Below the pieces are notes generated by a model. The model was not told the origin of the DNA. It worked only from the letters and a program-made list of their open reading frames with translations, and did no database searches. From a virus, in the IMG/VR virus record IMGVR_UViG_3300002054_000001, positions 1-51,138 of that record: DNA of 51,138 nucleotides; one strand, given 5' to 3'. Of the stretch, positions 32,099-41,827 are shown piece by piece. Each line of letters begins with the position of its first letter. Position 1 is the first letter of the stretch. Position numbers and translations under genes: made by a program.

Positions 32099-34357
32099 AT
32101 GTTTTCACAACAACAAATAGACAACGCAAAAAAGGTAATGGCAACCTACCTCGATGAGATCCGAGAGGACAATCAAGAGGAGTCATCAAAGGAAAAACCG
32201 AGTAAGGAGTTCTTGCGGCAGCAGGCTTCTCACAGAGAGTACATCAACTTTGTAGAGAAGTACGGCATCACGCAGGACTTTGAAATACGGCCAGGGATCT
32301 ATCGTAACTGGGCCGATGAGTGTCAATACGGCGATCAGTTCACAGCACGGCACGCAGAGCAGCGCATGGACTGTAAGAACGAGCCAGCATACCTCATGAA
32401 CTTTATCTGGGTTCTCATCAGGGATGCAGCAATGGCCAATGATGTAGATGTATCAAGCGTAAACATCAAAGTCGCAGAGGGCGATAACAAGATGTACGAC
32501 GGCTACAATCAGCTACTCAAAGAGGGACTCACCTACCTAGACCGTATGGAGAGCCTCGGCGAGACTTTCAATGAGATCGGAATGGCCAGAGGCACATATC
32601 CGAATGTTTTTGTTGCTACAGACGACATGAACGGACAGCTCGAAACCTACCCTATCAAGTGGTGGGATGTTATCGGTTGCGAGTGGGATGCACGCAACAT
32701 AGAGCTTGCCAAGTTTGCATATTATAAAGAAATCGACGTAGACGACCTCGACGACTACATCAAGACACCAAACAAGAAGGTGAAGGATCTCGTGGAGATG
32801 CACAAACAGCTCATGAAGGGCATGAACATGACAAAGGTGAAGCTCAAAGTCTTCCTCAGTAAGCATGAGTTTTCAGTCAAGAAGGCAGCAAAGAAGGGCA
32901 AAAAGAAGGGTAAGAAGAAGCTCGAAACATCAGAGATGGATCAAGGAGAGATCTACTACTTCGATACGTCATACCTCATCAATGCTCAGGGCGATGGTGA
33001 AGATGATCGCTACATCGTCTCAGATGACATGATGTCACAGCTCGGATACGACCTCGACAACACAGGAGATCAGCACGTAGAGATCGAGATCGGACGACAG
33101 CGCTCACACCTCAAAAAGCGTCTATACCAAGATAAAAAGGCAGTACGCATCAACAATATCGACAATGATCGCATGTTTATTGATCCCTATAGCATGATGG
33201 GCTGGAGCATCCCTATCCTCACACGAAACGAGTGGGCGCACGCATTGAAGCGATCAGAGTACAACCAAAAAGCAGACAAACGTGCTGCTACTGGATACGT
33301 GATCTACAAGCGAGCTGCTGGTACGGCAGGTGGAGGACTCACCAAGAAGCAACTCAGGAAGGTTGCAGATGGAGAGAGTACGATGGTAGAGCTACAGCAA
33401 AATGAGGACTTCAAAGTGCAGCTATGGCCAGACAACTTCGCAAATACAACATCAACACTCAACTATTTCATTGACGCAGCGAGGACAATGATCGCTATAC
33501 CGCCGTCTGTATCTGTGGACAACAACGAGAAGCTCACTGCTACAGAGGCTCGTATCCGCAATGCAAATGAGAAATCAGGTATCAGCTACATCCGAGAGAT
33601 ACATGGACTCACCATAGAGAGCATCGTGCAGAAGCGTATCAAGAAGGTGATGCGTGTCCTATCCAAGAAGGAGGAGATCATGCTACAAAGCTCAGACCGA
33701 TCAATGGACTCAATCAGGCTTTTCCTCTTTCACCGAGAGTGGAACGACCCAGATATGCGCAAGAAGTGGATCAAGAAATGGAACGAGCATGTGCATCCTG
33801 AGAACTACAAGAAGCAGAAGGTAGAGGACGGTATGCTCAAAGGATACGGTGGCTTGGCTACAGGTAAAAAGGTAGACTTTCCCTACGAGGGCGAGGTGCT
33901 TGCGTTCTTTGTGGAGAAGATCGACGAGATCTACAAGAAGAAATACGGTGATGTCGCTTTTCTCAACATGACATATACCCAGGACTACACCGACAACCTC
34001 GACATCCTCATTGAAGCTGATGTCACGCAGGAGAACGATATGGACTTCATCAAGCGAGAAGAACTGGAGAAGACTATCAAGCTCGATCTCGAAGTACAGC
34101 AATTTCTCGGTACTGGAGATAGAGATCTCAATGCAATCATGGACAAGCTCTATCGACTATCAGACATCGGTACAGATCAAGACCTACGCTTCTCACCTCA
34201 GGAGATGGCACGCAAACGTCGCATCCAACAAAATGCGCAGCGCATCCAAGAGGAGAAACAGGCCGCAGAAGTGCGACAACTTAACGAGCCGCCAGTACCA
34301 GGTGCAGAGGTAGAACCACCACAAGAAGCACCAGCAGAGCAAACTCCTGTGTCATAG
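32099..34357 (+). CDS. portal protein (752 aa; call based mainly on position)
   Basis: Large ORF starting 2 nt after terL. Pro/Glu-rich C-terminal tail. Confidence 0.6.
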   Translation: MFSQQQIDNAKKVMATYLDEIREDNQEESSKEKPSKEFLRQQASHREYINFVEKYGITQDFEIRPGIYRNWADECQYGDQFTARHAEQRMDCKNEPAYLMNFIWVLIRDAAMANDVDVSSVNIKVAEGDNKMYDGYNQLLKEGLTYLDRMESLGETFNEIGMARGTYPNVFVATDDMNGQLETYPIKWWDVIGCEWDARNIELAKFAYYKEIDVDDLDDYIKTPNKKVKDLVEMHKQLMKGMNMTKVKLKVFLSKHEFSVKKAAKKGKKKGKKKLETSEMDQGEIYYFDTSYLINAQGDGEDDRYIVSDDMMSQLGYDLDNTGDQHVEIEIGRQRSHLKKRLYQDKKAVRINNIDNDRMFIDPYSMMGWSIPILTRNEWAHALKRSEYNQKADKRAATGYVIYKRAAGTAGGGLTKKQLRKVADGESTMVELQQNEDFKVQLWPDNFANTTSTLNYFIDAARTMIAIPPSVSVDNNEKLTATEARIRNANEKSGISYIREIHGLTIESIVQKRIKKVMRVLSKKEEIMLQSSDRSMDSIRLFLFHREWNDPDMRKKWIKKWNEHVHPENYKKQKVEDGMLKGYGGLATGKKVDFPYEGEVLAFFVEKIDEIYKKKYGDVAFLNMTYTQDYTDNLDILIEADVTQENDMDFIKREELEKTIKLDLEVQQFLGTGDRDLNAIMDKLYRLSDIGTDQDLRFSPQEMARKRRIQQNAQRIQEEKQAAEVRQLNEPPVPGAEVEPPQEAPAEQTPVS

Positions 34358-34405
34358 CACGCAGGAGGCTTGCCGTTTTTGTAAAATGTATGATAAAATA
34401 AACGC

Positions 34406-34723
34406 ATGGCAACACTCGAAGAACTCCGAGCAAAGGCAGCAACTTCTAACGATACAGCAGCCGATGACACCAAAGAGGAAGTCGATGTAGTGTCACTCTA
34501 CGCAAACAATGAGAGCTTTCAAAAAGTTATCATCATCCCAGCGATAGAGAAACAGAAAGAGATGGGTACTATCGACGTAAGTGCGGCGAAGTACATGGAC
34601 ATCGACGACAAACAAGAACGACTCGATGCAATAGACAAAGATCTCACATACAACAAGGGGTATCTTGACGCAATTCAAGAGCTGCTCGGTGAGTTTATCG
34701 ACCGACCAGCACAAGGAGATTGA
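34406..34723 (+). CDS. hypothetical acidic head-module protein (105 aa)
   Basis: ORF between the portal and scaffold genes. Confidence 0.55.
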   Translation: MATLEELRAKAATSNDTAADDTKEEVDVVSLYANNESFQKVIIIPAIEKQKEMGTIDVSAAKYMDIDDKQERLDAIDKDLTYNKGYLDAIQELLGEFIDRPAQGD

Positions 34724-34725
34724 TG

Positions 34726-34763
34726 CTTATACTTTGCGTTTCATGGACGCAATCATAAGTTTT
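34726..34763 (+). terminator. terminator-like hairpin / possible attenuator
   Basis: CTTAT-ac-TTGCGT-7 nt-ACGCAA-tc-ATAAG followed by TTTT. Confidence 0.4.
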
Positions 34764-34773
34764 AATAACCTAT

Positions 34774-35592
34774 ATGAAAAAAAAGAAGGGTTCAAACCGA
34801 AAAGGCAGCCGAAAGGCTCAACCAGGAGGTCAATCTAAGGCAGAGCTACTAGACCAACAATACCAAGAGCTGATGACTATGCTCTCAGGTAAAGGGGTCA
34901 CAGCTTTCCAGCTAACTGAAATCCAACGAGTAGTCTCGGACAAAGCAGCCGCCAAGCAGTTGCAAGATCTAAACAAGACGCTCAATAAGGAGTTCACAAG
35001 CATGGAGGAGTTTACGAAATCATATCGTAGTGCCGAGCCGAACGCTGCTCTTAACAACGCTATCAAGGAGTTCACACGACAGTATCCTGGCAAACCTTTC
35101 ACCGTAGATGCGGACGGAAGGCCCAAGCTATATGTCGCTGCTGACGATGATGGTAGTGGTGGTGGAGAGGGTGAAGAAGATGATGCTGGTACTGGAGGTA
35201 AAAGTCCAGTGCAGATCAAGATTGACAACCAAAATCTTTTTCTTGCAAACCCAGACCTCAAACTCATTGAAGCAGAGCTACAAGCAATGGCCCAAAATGG
35301 TCAAAGCCTAGCAGATGTCTACTATGAGAACCCTGAGGCTTTCGCTTCCGATCTCAAACTTGCCAAGATAGAGCAGGAAAAAAGTGACGATGATGCTGCT
35401 TCTAACAAGCAAAATCATAGCGATCAGGAGCAAGACGAAGACAAATCTCGACACCGTGAAGACGATGACGATGAGGAGTCTGATGATGAAGATGACGAAG
35501 ACCACGACGAAGATGAAGATGAAGACGAGGCTGACGATGATGGCATCTACCAACCTCCGACATCTACATGGGGTCGAGTTGTCCAACAGTAG
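34774..35592 (+). CDS. scaffolding-like protein with a poly-Asp/Glu C-terminus
   Basis: Lies directly upstream of the capsid gene. Helical N-terminal part. C-terminus DDDDEESDDEDDEDHDEDEDEDEADDD. Confidence 0.55.
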   Translation: MKKKKGSNRKGSRKAQPGGQSKAELLDQQYQELMTMLSGKGVTAFQLTEIQRVVSDKAAAKQLQDLNKTLNKEFTSMEEFTKSYRSAEPNAALNNAIKEFTRQYPGKPFTVDADGRPKLYVAADDDGSGGGEGEEDDAGTGGKSPVQIKIDNQNLFLANPDLKLIEAELQAMAQNGQSLADVYYENPEAFASDLKLAKIEQEKSDDDAASNKQNHSDQEQDEDKSRHREDDDDEESDDEDDEDHDEDEDEDEADDDGIYQPPTSTWGRVVQQ

Positions 35593-35620
35593 ACACTTGC
35601 GCTGATTGTTTCCTAGAACA

Positions 35621-36925
35621 ATGGCAAAGAAGAACTCACTAGCACGAAGACGAGTCGCTTTCGATCTCGCTTTCGGTGCTGATCTCAATCCCACGAAAAT
35701 CCGCGCACGCTTCAAAGGTATGCGCAGTAAGGCTTCTAGTTTTTACAGCTTCGACTCACCAGCGGATATGAAGGCTACGCTTCCATACTGGGGTGATGAC
35801 TATGACTGTCAAAAACCAGAAGACGCTTACGAGTTCATTCGTGACAACATGGTTCAAATGTTGGCGATCGACTATTCTTGTAAGAATACGATCATGAACT
35901 CTGGTATCGTCCGTGATATGCCTAACAACTCCGTCCACAAACGTGAGTATTGTTGGGAGCGAAATCTTGAAAACATGGCTGGAGAATACATCTGCGGTAA
36001 AGTAGATGACTGTAGCTTTGTCAATTACAACAAGCCAACGAAAAAGGATCACTTCAAGTCTATGACTGCGAAGGCAAACCTTTGTTTCGATATGGTTTGT
36101 GATGATGACATTGATACTGACTATTTATGGTTTCAGGATCAGTTCGGTGCGGTAAAAACAGCGTTCCTTAACAAGTTTGCGAAGGACTTTCAGACTGTTC
36201 TTGATAACGAGGTCATCACGATCCCAAACATCAAGGCAATCGACCAGTTCAACGTATACAAGTTTTTGATCTACCTCAAAAACCGTATTCGCAAAATGTG
36301 TAAGTACGATAGTACCAAGTGGATCATCGCTGGTAACAGCATGACACTTGAACCATTCGAGCTTGCTCAGGTTTACGACGGAAAGTCACACATGCTCGAA
36401 ATGGTGCATGGTGCTGAGGATGGTGTAGTTGGTATGTCAATGGGTATGTTCAAGTTCGTGGCTATCGAGTCAATGGACGACGGCAAACTCCTCTTTGCAC
36501 AAGAGGGTGCGTTCCGCTTCTGGCGTAACACGTTCATCTACTGTGGAGAGACTGACGCTGACAAATGTTCACTAGCATTTATCTTTACATACGTATTCAA
36601 GTACCAGATCATCCGATCATGTACTTCGTACTGTAACGCTTACATGCTGGACTTTGTTGCTCCTACATGTCCAAAAGAGTTCACATTCGACCTAACATGT
36701 GCTTCACCTAGTGGCGCACCTGTATCTGGTGACGAAGCTGTGACTCCAGTAGCACCTGACGGTGGTACACCTGTAGCTCCTGGCAATCAGCCAGTAGTCG
36801 AAGGTGACGCTCCAGCAGGCGGTGAAGCTCCAGTAGCTCCACCACAAGAGCCAGTAAACGGTGAAGCTCCAGCAGGAGATAATGGTGCAGGCCCAACGCC
36901 TGAACCAGCTCCAGCGCAAGGCTAA
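35621..36925 (+). CDS. major capsid protein (434 aa from ATG 35621; the track start is TTG 35606) with a Pro/Ala/Gly-rich C-terminal extension
   Basis: Position after the scaffold gene. Followed by a hairpin. About 14 Cys by my count. The last 75 or so aa are degenerate G[DE]APAG-type repeats. Confidence 0.6.
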   Translation: MAKKNSLARRRVAFDLAFGADLNPTKIRARFKGMRSKASSFYSFDSPADMKATLPYWGDDYDCQKPEDAYEFIRDNMVQMLAIDYSCKNTIMNSGIVRDMPNNSVHKREYCWERNLENMAGEYICGKVDDCSFVNYNKPTKKDHFKSMTAKANLCFDMVCDDDIDTDYLWFQDQFGAVKTAFLNKFAKDFQTVLDNEVITIPNIKAIDQFNVYKFLIYLKNRIRKMCKYDSTKWIIAGNSMTLEPFELAQVYDGKSHMLEMVHGAEDGVVGMSMGMFKFVAIESMDDGKLLFAQEGAFRFWRNTFIYCGETDADKCSLAFIFTYVFKYQIIRSCTSYCNAYMLDFVAPTCPKEFTFDLTCASPSGAPVSGDEAVTPVAPDGGTPVAPGNQPVVEGDAPAGGEAPVAPPQEPVNGEAPAGDNGAGPTPEPAPAQG

Positions 36926-36938
36926 CCTATCGGTTCTC

Positions 36939-36964
36939 AGAGATCCTCATAAGTGGGGATCTCT
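36939..36964 (+). terminator. stem-loop after the capsid gene (no T-run)
   Basis: AGAGATCC-10 nt-GGATCTCT. Confidence 0.35.
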
Positions 36965-36977
36965 ATAGAGCAAATAT

Positions 36978-37808
36978 ATGGGAAAAACACAATACAACAA
37001 TGTACCAGGTGGAAAGAATGGAGTAGACACTACAAAAAGTGACTTCTCCACTTTCAAAGACCCTTATGAGCCTTGCGTCACTGATGTAAATTGGCTCTAT
37101 TCTTACACGAAAGAAAATGTACTAGGCATGGTAGATCCACGCCAGAAATCCTACACACTGGATATGTTCTTTCGTGACTTCATATCAGCAATGAACTACT
37201 ACACGATGGTCGCTCGTAGAACAGCAGAGCAGCCGATCCTATTCATTCGCACCATAGAAATACCAATCATGCCAGAGGCCTATCTCGAAGACGGAGAACT
37301 AGGCCGTTGTGGCGTTGTAGTCCTACCGAAGAACCTTTTGTCGATCGTGCGTGTAGAGTATTCAAAGGATATGCACAACTACCGACATCTCGACCAGGTG
37401 CAGCACAATAGCATCAACAAGCATCAATGCTGCGGCCACCACATGTCTGAGGCGTGGGACGCACCATGCAATCAGTGTGATCCGTGTGTGACATGTGAGA
37501 AAACCTACATCAGAGAGAATGATTGTGTAGTCCTGCCATACAAAATCTGTACAAGTGGTATGCTGCGCATCACCTATAAGATGGGTGCAACACTACACTT
37601 CGAGACAAACGACGACGGCACAATCAATACGAACTTCGACGTACCACCTGTCATGTTCGATGTCATTGCACACTACTGCGCAAGGCGACACCTCAAACGT
37701 GGTGGAAAGACCGATCGAAGCCTAGACGAAGACCTCGTGCGCTTCGAGACTGAGTTTATCGAGCATGTACGCATGGGCGATGAGGAGGAAGAAGATACAT
37801 CATTATAA
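36978..37808 (+). CDS. virion protein with a Cys cluster (276 aa)
   Basis: Cys cluster CCGHHMSEAWDAPCNQCDPCVTC. Located in the structural block. Confidence 0.6.
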   Translation: MGKTQYNNVPGGKNGVDTTKSDFSTFKDPYEPCVTDVNWLYSYTKENVLGMVDPRQKSYTLDMFFRDFISAMNYYTMVARRTAEQPILFIRTIEIPIMPEAYLEDGELGRCGVVVLPKNLLSIVRVEYSKDMHNYRHLDQVQHNSINKHQCCGHHMSEAWDAPCNQCDPCVTCEKTYIRENDCVVLPYKICTSGMLRITYKMGATLHFETNDDGTINTNFDVPPVMFDVIAHYCARRHLKRGGKTDRSLDEDLVRFETEFIEHVRMGDEEEEDTSL

Positions 37809-37815
37809 AAAATAT

Positions 37816-38043
37816 ATGGCCTGCGAAGAAGAACAATGCAAAGTACCGAAGTGTTCAGGATACTGCTCAATGCCTGTCACTCCGAAGACGAGAAAACGGA
37901 GCAACATGCCAAACAACTTCCGCAAAAAGCCGAGGTATCTGCGCATGGGACTTGCTACTCAGAGCTGTGGCCCACTAGCAATGTGGTGTGGCAACAGTAG
38001 AACGCTCCTAGTAGCAAGGGTGAGAATAAAAAATATATACTAA
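37816..38043 (+). CDS. small basic Cys-rich protein (75 aa from ATG 37816; the track start is 37765)
   Basis: The start context AAAATATATGGCCTGCGAAGAAGAACAA parallels that of gene 1728. Six Cys. Confidence 0.5.
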   Translation: MACEEEQCKVPKCSGYCSMPVTPKTRKRSNMPNNFRKKPRYLRMGLATQSCGPLAMWCGNSRTLLVARVRIKNIY

Positions 38044-38047
38044 ATAT

Positions 38048-38956
38048 ATGTGGAAAGGACTATTTCAAAAATCAGGAGGCTGCGGTTGTGGAGAGGGTTG
38101 TAAAGATCCAAACACTTGTCCAGCACTTGTCATGGTGGAAAATCAACCACTGTACCGTCGTGCAATGCACGGCCCAATCCCAAAGCGAGCATATTCACTC
38201 TGGTTCTTCCCAGACCCACAAGGAGAGTGTGAGCATCACATGGTGCGTGTCGAGTTCCAGGACGTACTAGATCAGATCGACGCTGCAACCTTCGGTGATG
38301 TAAAGATGAACGCTTTTGCAACAACAGACCGAGCAGTAGGCGACGGTTGGTTCTTGCCGACTGGTCGTGACTTCGAGTTCTTCGATGCCAATGGTGATCG
38401 AGTCGAGGGTGACATTCGTAAGTCACCAGATGTCCGAGGTAAGGTCGTTGCTATGCCTGACGCTGGCGACTATTTCTGTCATGGTATCACCGAGCCTGGT
38501 GATGTCACTGGAGAGAGCGCTCACCTCATGGACGCATCAGAGCTAGGAAATATCGAGTTTGATGTCAAGCTCAATATCGACTTCAACTTCCCTGTGCGTA
38601 ACTCAGAGGTAGAGTCTGGTACAGGTACAACCATCTCACACTTTGATGGAGGCGGTGGAGATCCTGATGGAGATAGCGATGACATTCGTTTCTCTACTGT
38701 TATTGATGACAACCTCTTTAACATCAATGCTGAGGGATCTGCAACAAACAGCTCATCAGATCCAAAGCCATTCAATATCATGCAGCCAACAATCGGCATG
38801 AACTTCTTTATCTACATGAACCGTGATGGCCTCACAGCGAAGCCTATCGAGGGTTCAGAGACAGCAGATCGAGGTACTGCAACAGGATACTTCACACAGA
38901 CACAAGAACTAAACAACTGCAAGCCTTGGGGTAAGAAAAAGCAAGACTGCTGCTAA
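38048..38956 (+). CDS. tail fibre protein with a phage Tail-Collar-like domain
   Basis: GDGWFLPTGRDFEFFDANG and PFNIMQPTIGMNFFIYMNRDG match the collar-domain GW..C.G / N.QP..l.y.I pattern. Confidence 0.6.
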   Translation: MWKGLFQKSGGCGCGEGCKDPNTCPALVMVENQPLYRRAMHGPIPKRAYSLWFFPDPQGECEHHMVRVEFQDVLDQIDAATFGDVKMNAFATTDRAVGDGWFLPTGRDFEFFDANGDRVEGDIRKSPDVRGKVVAMPDAGDYFCHGITEPGDVTGESAHLMDASELGNIEFDVKLNIDFNFPVRNSEVESGTGTTISHFDGGGGDPDGDSDDIRFSTVIDDNLFNINAEGSATNSSSDPKPFNIMQPTIGMNFFIYMNRDGLTAKPIEGSETADRGTATGYFTQTQELNNCKPWGKKKQDCC

Positions 38957-38965
38957 TCGTAAACT

Positions 38966-40363
38966 ATGCAACGCAACATTATCGCAACATGGGACTGTAG
39001 CGGTGGTATGTCGCATAGTAGGAAAATGGTAGACTATTTTCCCTGGATCTATGCTGGCATCACTGAGGAGGAGGGATACTGGCAGTGTCCACCACTACAC
39101 GTAGAAGAAGTAGGCGGCCCAGATGAGGACGTTCTTCTTGCTATCACTGAGTATGAGCGTGCGTATGCCGTAAGTATCGAAAGTGGCAAACAATGGAAGC
39201 GTGCTGCATGTGGTAACTGGACTCAACTACCAGACAATCCAAACGGATCACACACAGGCGTGGGAGTCTTCCGAAATCGCATCTACTTTGTTGGAGGTGC
39301 GTCTTTGGGTTATATAGACCACTTCAAAGATGCTGCTGCACGATATGATGAAGGCTTCCTGAAAGCTGCACCTTGGCACGCAATGACTGAGAGCAATGGC
39401 TTCCTCAACATCTCAAACTTTGACTACATTGCACGCATAGATAAAAACTACAACTTCTCAAACAACGTCTACGATGCGAAGGTTGGATACTGGATCACTG
39501 ATCTCGTGGAGTTTGGTGATGATCTCATCTACACCACAGCCACAGGAGATGAGGGTGGTGACATCCTGATCCAAACACAGAACTCAAACGTGATAGCGAA
39601 GATACATGGCAAGAACGGCCGTATCAGTAGCGTCACAGGCTCTCAGATCTTCCCATTCAAGCGTATTCAGAGGATCTCGACACGCATTGCACCATATAAC
39701 AAAGCATACGACGATACAGTGGCTCTCTGGGGGTTTGACGGACGTGTGATGTGCTTCGATCAGCAGGAGAGCAGCAATGAGACAATCTACTTCCAATACT
39801 CACAGGCAAGCACTGGAGAGCAATGTGTGATGAACTCCCTGGCTACAGCGCAGGTAGAAAACTACGACGCAGTATGGGATCAGCGCAGCGTCACTCGTGA
39901 GACTCCTCACAAGTTCACAGGCGCAGGCAATCTGATCCTCGCATCGTTCAAGGATCTCAAAACTGGACGCAGCTACGTAGATCGCATCGACAAAAATAAG
40001 TATGCGCAAGGCTTTGTCGAGACTCCTGTGAAAATGGTGAGCGCAGAACTCACAGGTGTAGAGCCTCGCAAGCTGCATCTGTTCTATGATGAGAGCGTAG
40101 GCGACAATGACTTCGACCTAGAGTTCAACATCAACTCAGAAGGATGGGATGGCATCGACGAGCATCGCTTCTTCGGAGGAGAGAGAGGTGACATCGGTTT
40201 CACCAAGAACGAAAAACGCCATGTGTACGAGACGACGACGGACGACCTGCCAACAGAGGAAAACCACGACATCACCTACATTCAGGCACGTATCACAATC
40301 AACCCAGGAGAGGAAGGAACATGCACACCAATAGGAGACGCAACAATATATCTAACGACATAG
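38966..40363 (+). CDS. virion/tail structural protein (465 aa)
   Basis: ORF in the tail block. No motif recognised. Confidence 0.6.
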   Translation: MQRNIIATWDCSGGMSHSRKMVDYFPWIYAGITEEEGYWQCPPLHVEEVGGPDEDVLLAITEYERAYAVSIESGKQWKRAACGNWTQLPDNPNGSHTGVGVFRNRIYFVGGASLGYIDHFKDAAARYDEGFLKAAPWHAMTESNGFLNISNFDYIARIDKNYNFSNNVYDAKVGYWITDLVEFGDDLIYTTATGDEGGDILIQTQNSNVIAKIHGKNGRISSVTGSQIFPFKRIQRISTRIAPYNKAYDDTVALWGFDGRVMCFDQQESSNETIYFQYSQASTGEQCVMNSLATAQVENYDAVWDQRSVTRETPHKFTGAGNLILASFKDLKTGRSYVDRIDKNKYAQGFVETPVKMVSAELTGVEPRKLHLFYDESVGDNDFDLEFNINSEGWDGIDEHRFFGGERGDIGFTKNEKRHVYETTTDDLPTEENHDITYIQARITINPGEEGTCTPIGDATIYLTT

Positions 40364-40364
40364 T

Positions 40365-40859
40365 ATGAAGGAGCAGGGACGAAAAATAGGCGCACAAAGA
40401 CGACCACTAGCGACGACTGGTGGTGAGTATTTGACTAATCACGGCCCTCGCACATACGATCATAGTGACAAAGTTTCTGACTCCGAGCAGAAGCGAAAGC
40501 GTGGGATGCAGCCCTATCACGATCAAGAGTTCTACCCTCATGTGGAAGCTCCTGAAAGGAAAGGGCGCATCGACTCTCGCAAGAACAGACGCATGGCAAT
40601 GAAGCACCTAGAGGTAGGCATTGTCGGAGAGTTTCGGCTGCCGTTCTTCGAGGTGTGGTATGAAGACACGCAAGACGAAAACGCATCAAGGTACACAAAC
40701 AACCCAACAACAGGAGGCTATCAAGCAATTTTTAGAGATACAAATGGTAAGAACATACTAGAAGTATCGCCTGAAAATGGTATAATAGTGACAACAGGCA
40801 CGAAGACATATAGCCTCGGTGACGTTTTGGTTGCTTTAGAAAATCAAGGCTTAATATAA
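40365..40859 (+). CDS. virion-associated protein (164 aa)
   Basis: ORF, with the start 2 nt after the previous stop. Confidence 0.6.
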   Translation: MKEQGRKIGAQRRPLATTGGEYLTNHGPRTYDHSDKVSDSEQKRKRGMQPYHDQEFYPHVEAPERKGRIDSRKNRRMAMKHLEVGIVGEFRLPFFEVWYEDTQDENASRYTNNPTTGGYQAIFRDTNGKNILEVSPENGIIVTTGTKTYSLGDVLVALENQGLI

Positions 40860-40863
40860 AACT

Positions 40864-41826
40864 ATGCAATCAGTAGACAAAAAAACCGACTTCGATGGCA
40901 CACTGGGTGAGACTCCGATCAACCATGACTCTGAGGTTGCCGTAAATCGCATACTGGACATCGCAAATAACAGCGACGACATCGCAGGGTTTCTCAGTGA
41001 CTTCGGAAAAGAAGAAGGTCGCTTTGTCAAGTCGCTCCGAGACAAGTCACGTTTCGTCACACAAGATCGTGAGTTCTCACTCAATCAGACAGTAGGCTTC
41101 GAGGCTGATGTCCGTGCGCAGGCACAGGGCGAACTAGACTCTGTACTCTCTGCTGGACGTTTGGGACTTTCAATACTTCAAGAAAAAGATCGAGTCAAGC
41201 AGCAGAAGTTCGATAACGACTTCAAGGTAAATGAGTTTGAAGCAGCACGACGAGATAGGCTCTTTGGCCTACAGTTCGGTGCAGTTATTGATGGTATCGA
41301 AGACGCATACGACCTAGATGAAGATGAAATCATCAAGGCATATCAGGATCAAGGCATCATACCGAACGAAGCTGCTGCCGACAGAGCATTGCAGCGATCA
41401 ATCCTTCTCAAAAACAAAACAAAGGACGGCTTCACAACTCCGACCGACTCTGGCTTTTTCAGTGATGACGATGATGACGACGATGAAATCATACCTGAGC
41501 GCAAGCCTGATGAGGCTGGTAGAGGTGGTGGTGTACGTCCTGCCACTGCTGGAGAGATCCAACAGAGCGGCACAGCCACAGTCGATGACATTCTTGGAAA
41601 GGGTAACTACTTCAAGTCCAAGAAGGGCGATCAGGTGGACTTCATTGACTCTGATGGGACTGGATATAGCTTTACGCAAGAGTTTATAAACGAGAAGGGC
41701 TTTAATGGCAGCACGAAAGACCAGATCGACCAGACAAGGAGCAGAAACAATGAAATGCGTCAGTACCTCAAAAATCAATTCAACATGAGTGATGCTGAGA
41801 TAGATCAATACTTAAAAGACTTATAA
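40864..41826 (+). CDS. virion-associated protein with a poly-Asp tract (320 aa)
   Basis: Contains FFSDDDDDDDEIIPE. Precedes the giant protein. Confidence 0.6.
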   Translation: MQSVDKKTDFDGTLGETPINHDSEVAVNRILDIANNSDDIAGFLSDFGKEEGRFVKSLRDKSRFVTQDREFSLNQTVGFEADVRAQAQGELDSVLSAGRLGLSILQEKDRVKQQKFDNDFKVNEFEAARRDRLFGLQFGAVIDGIEDAYDLDEDEIIKAYQDQGIIPNEAAADRALQRSILLKNKTKDGFTTPTDSGFFSDDDDDDDEIIPERKPDEAGRGGGVRPATAGEIQQSGTATVDDILGKGNYFKSKKGDQVDFIDSDGTGYSFTQEFINEKGFNGSTKDQIDQTRSRNNEMRQYLKNQFNMSDAEIDQYLKDL

Positions 41827-41827
41827 T

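Noticed and set aside
35308-35715. Alternate-frame and antisense ORFs across the scaffold gene's acidic tail (35384..35605 +, 35308..35715 -).
   Set aside because: They are artefacts of the GAT/GAA-rich repeat, which stays open in several frames. Their translations are monotonous (MTK... or IFV... runs).
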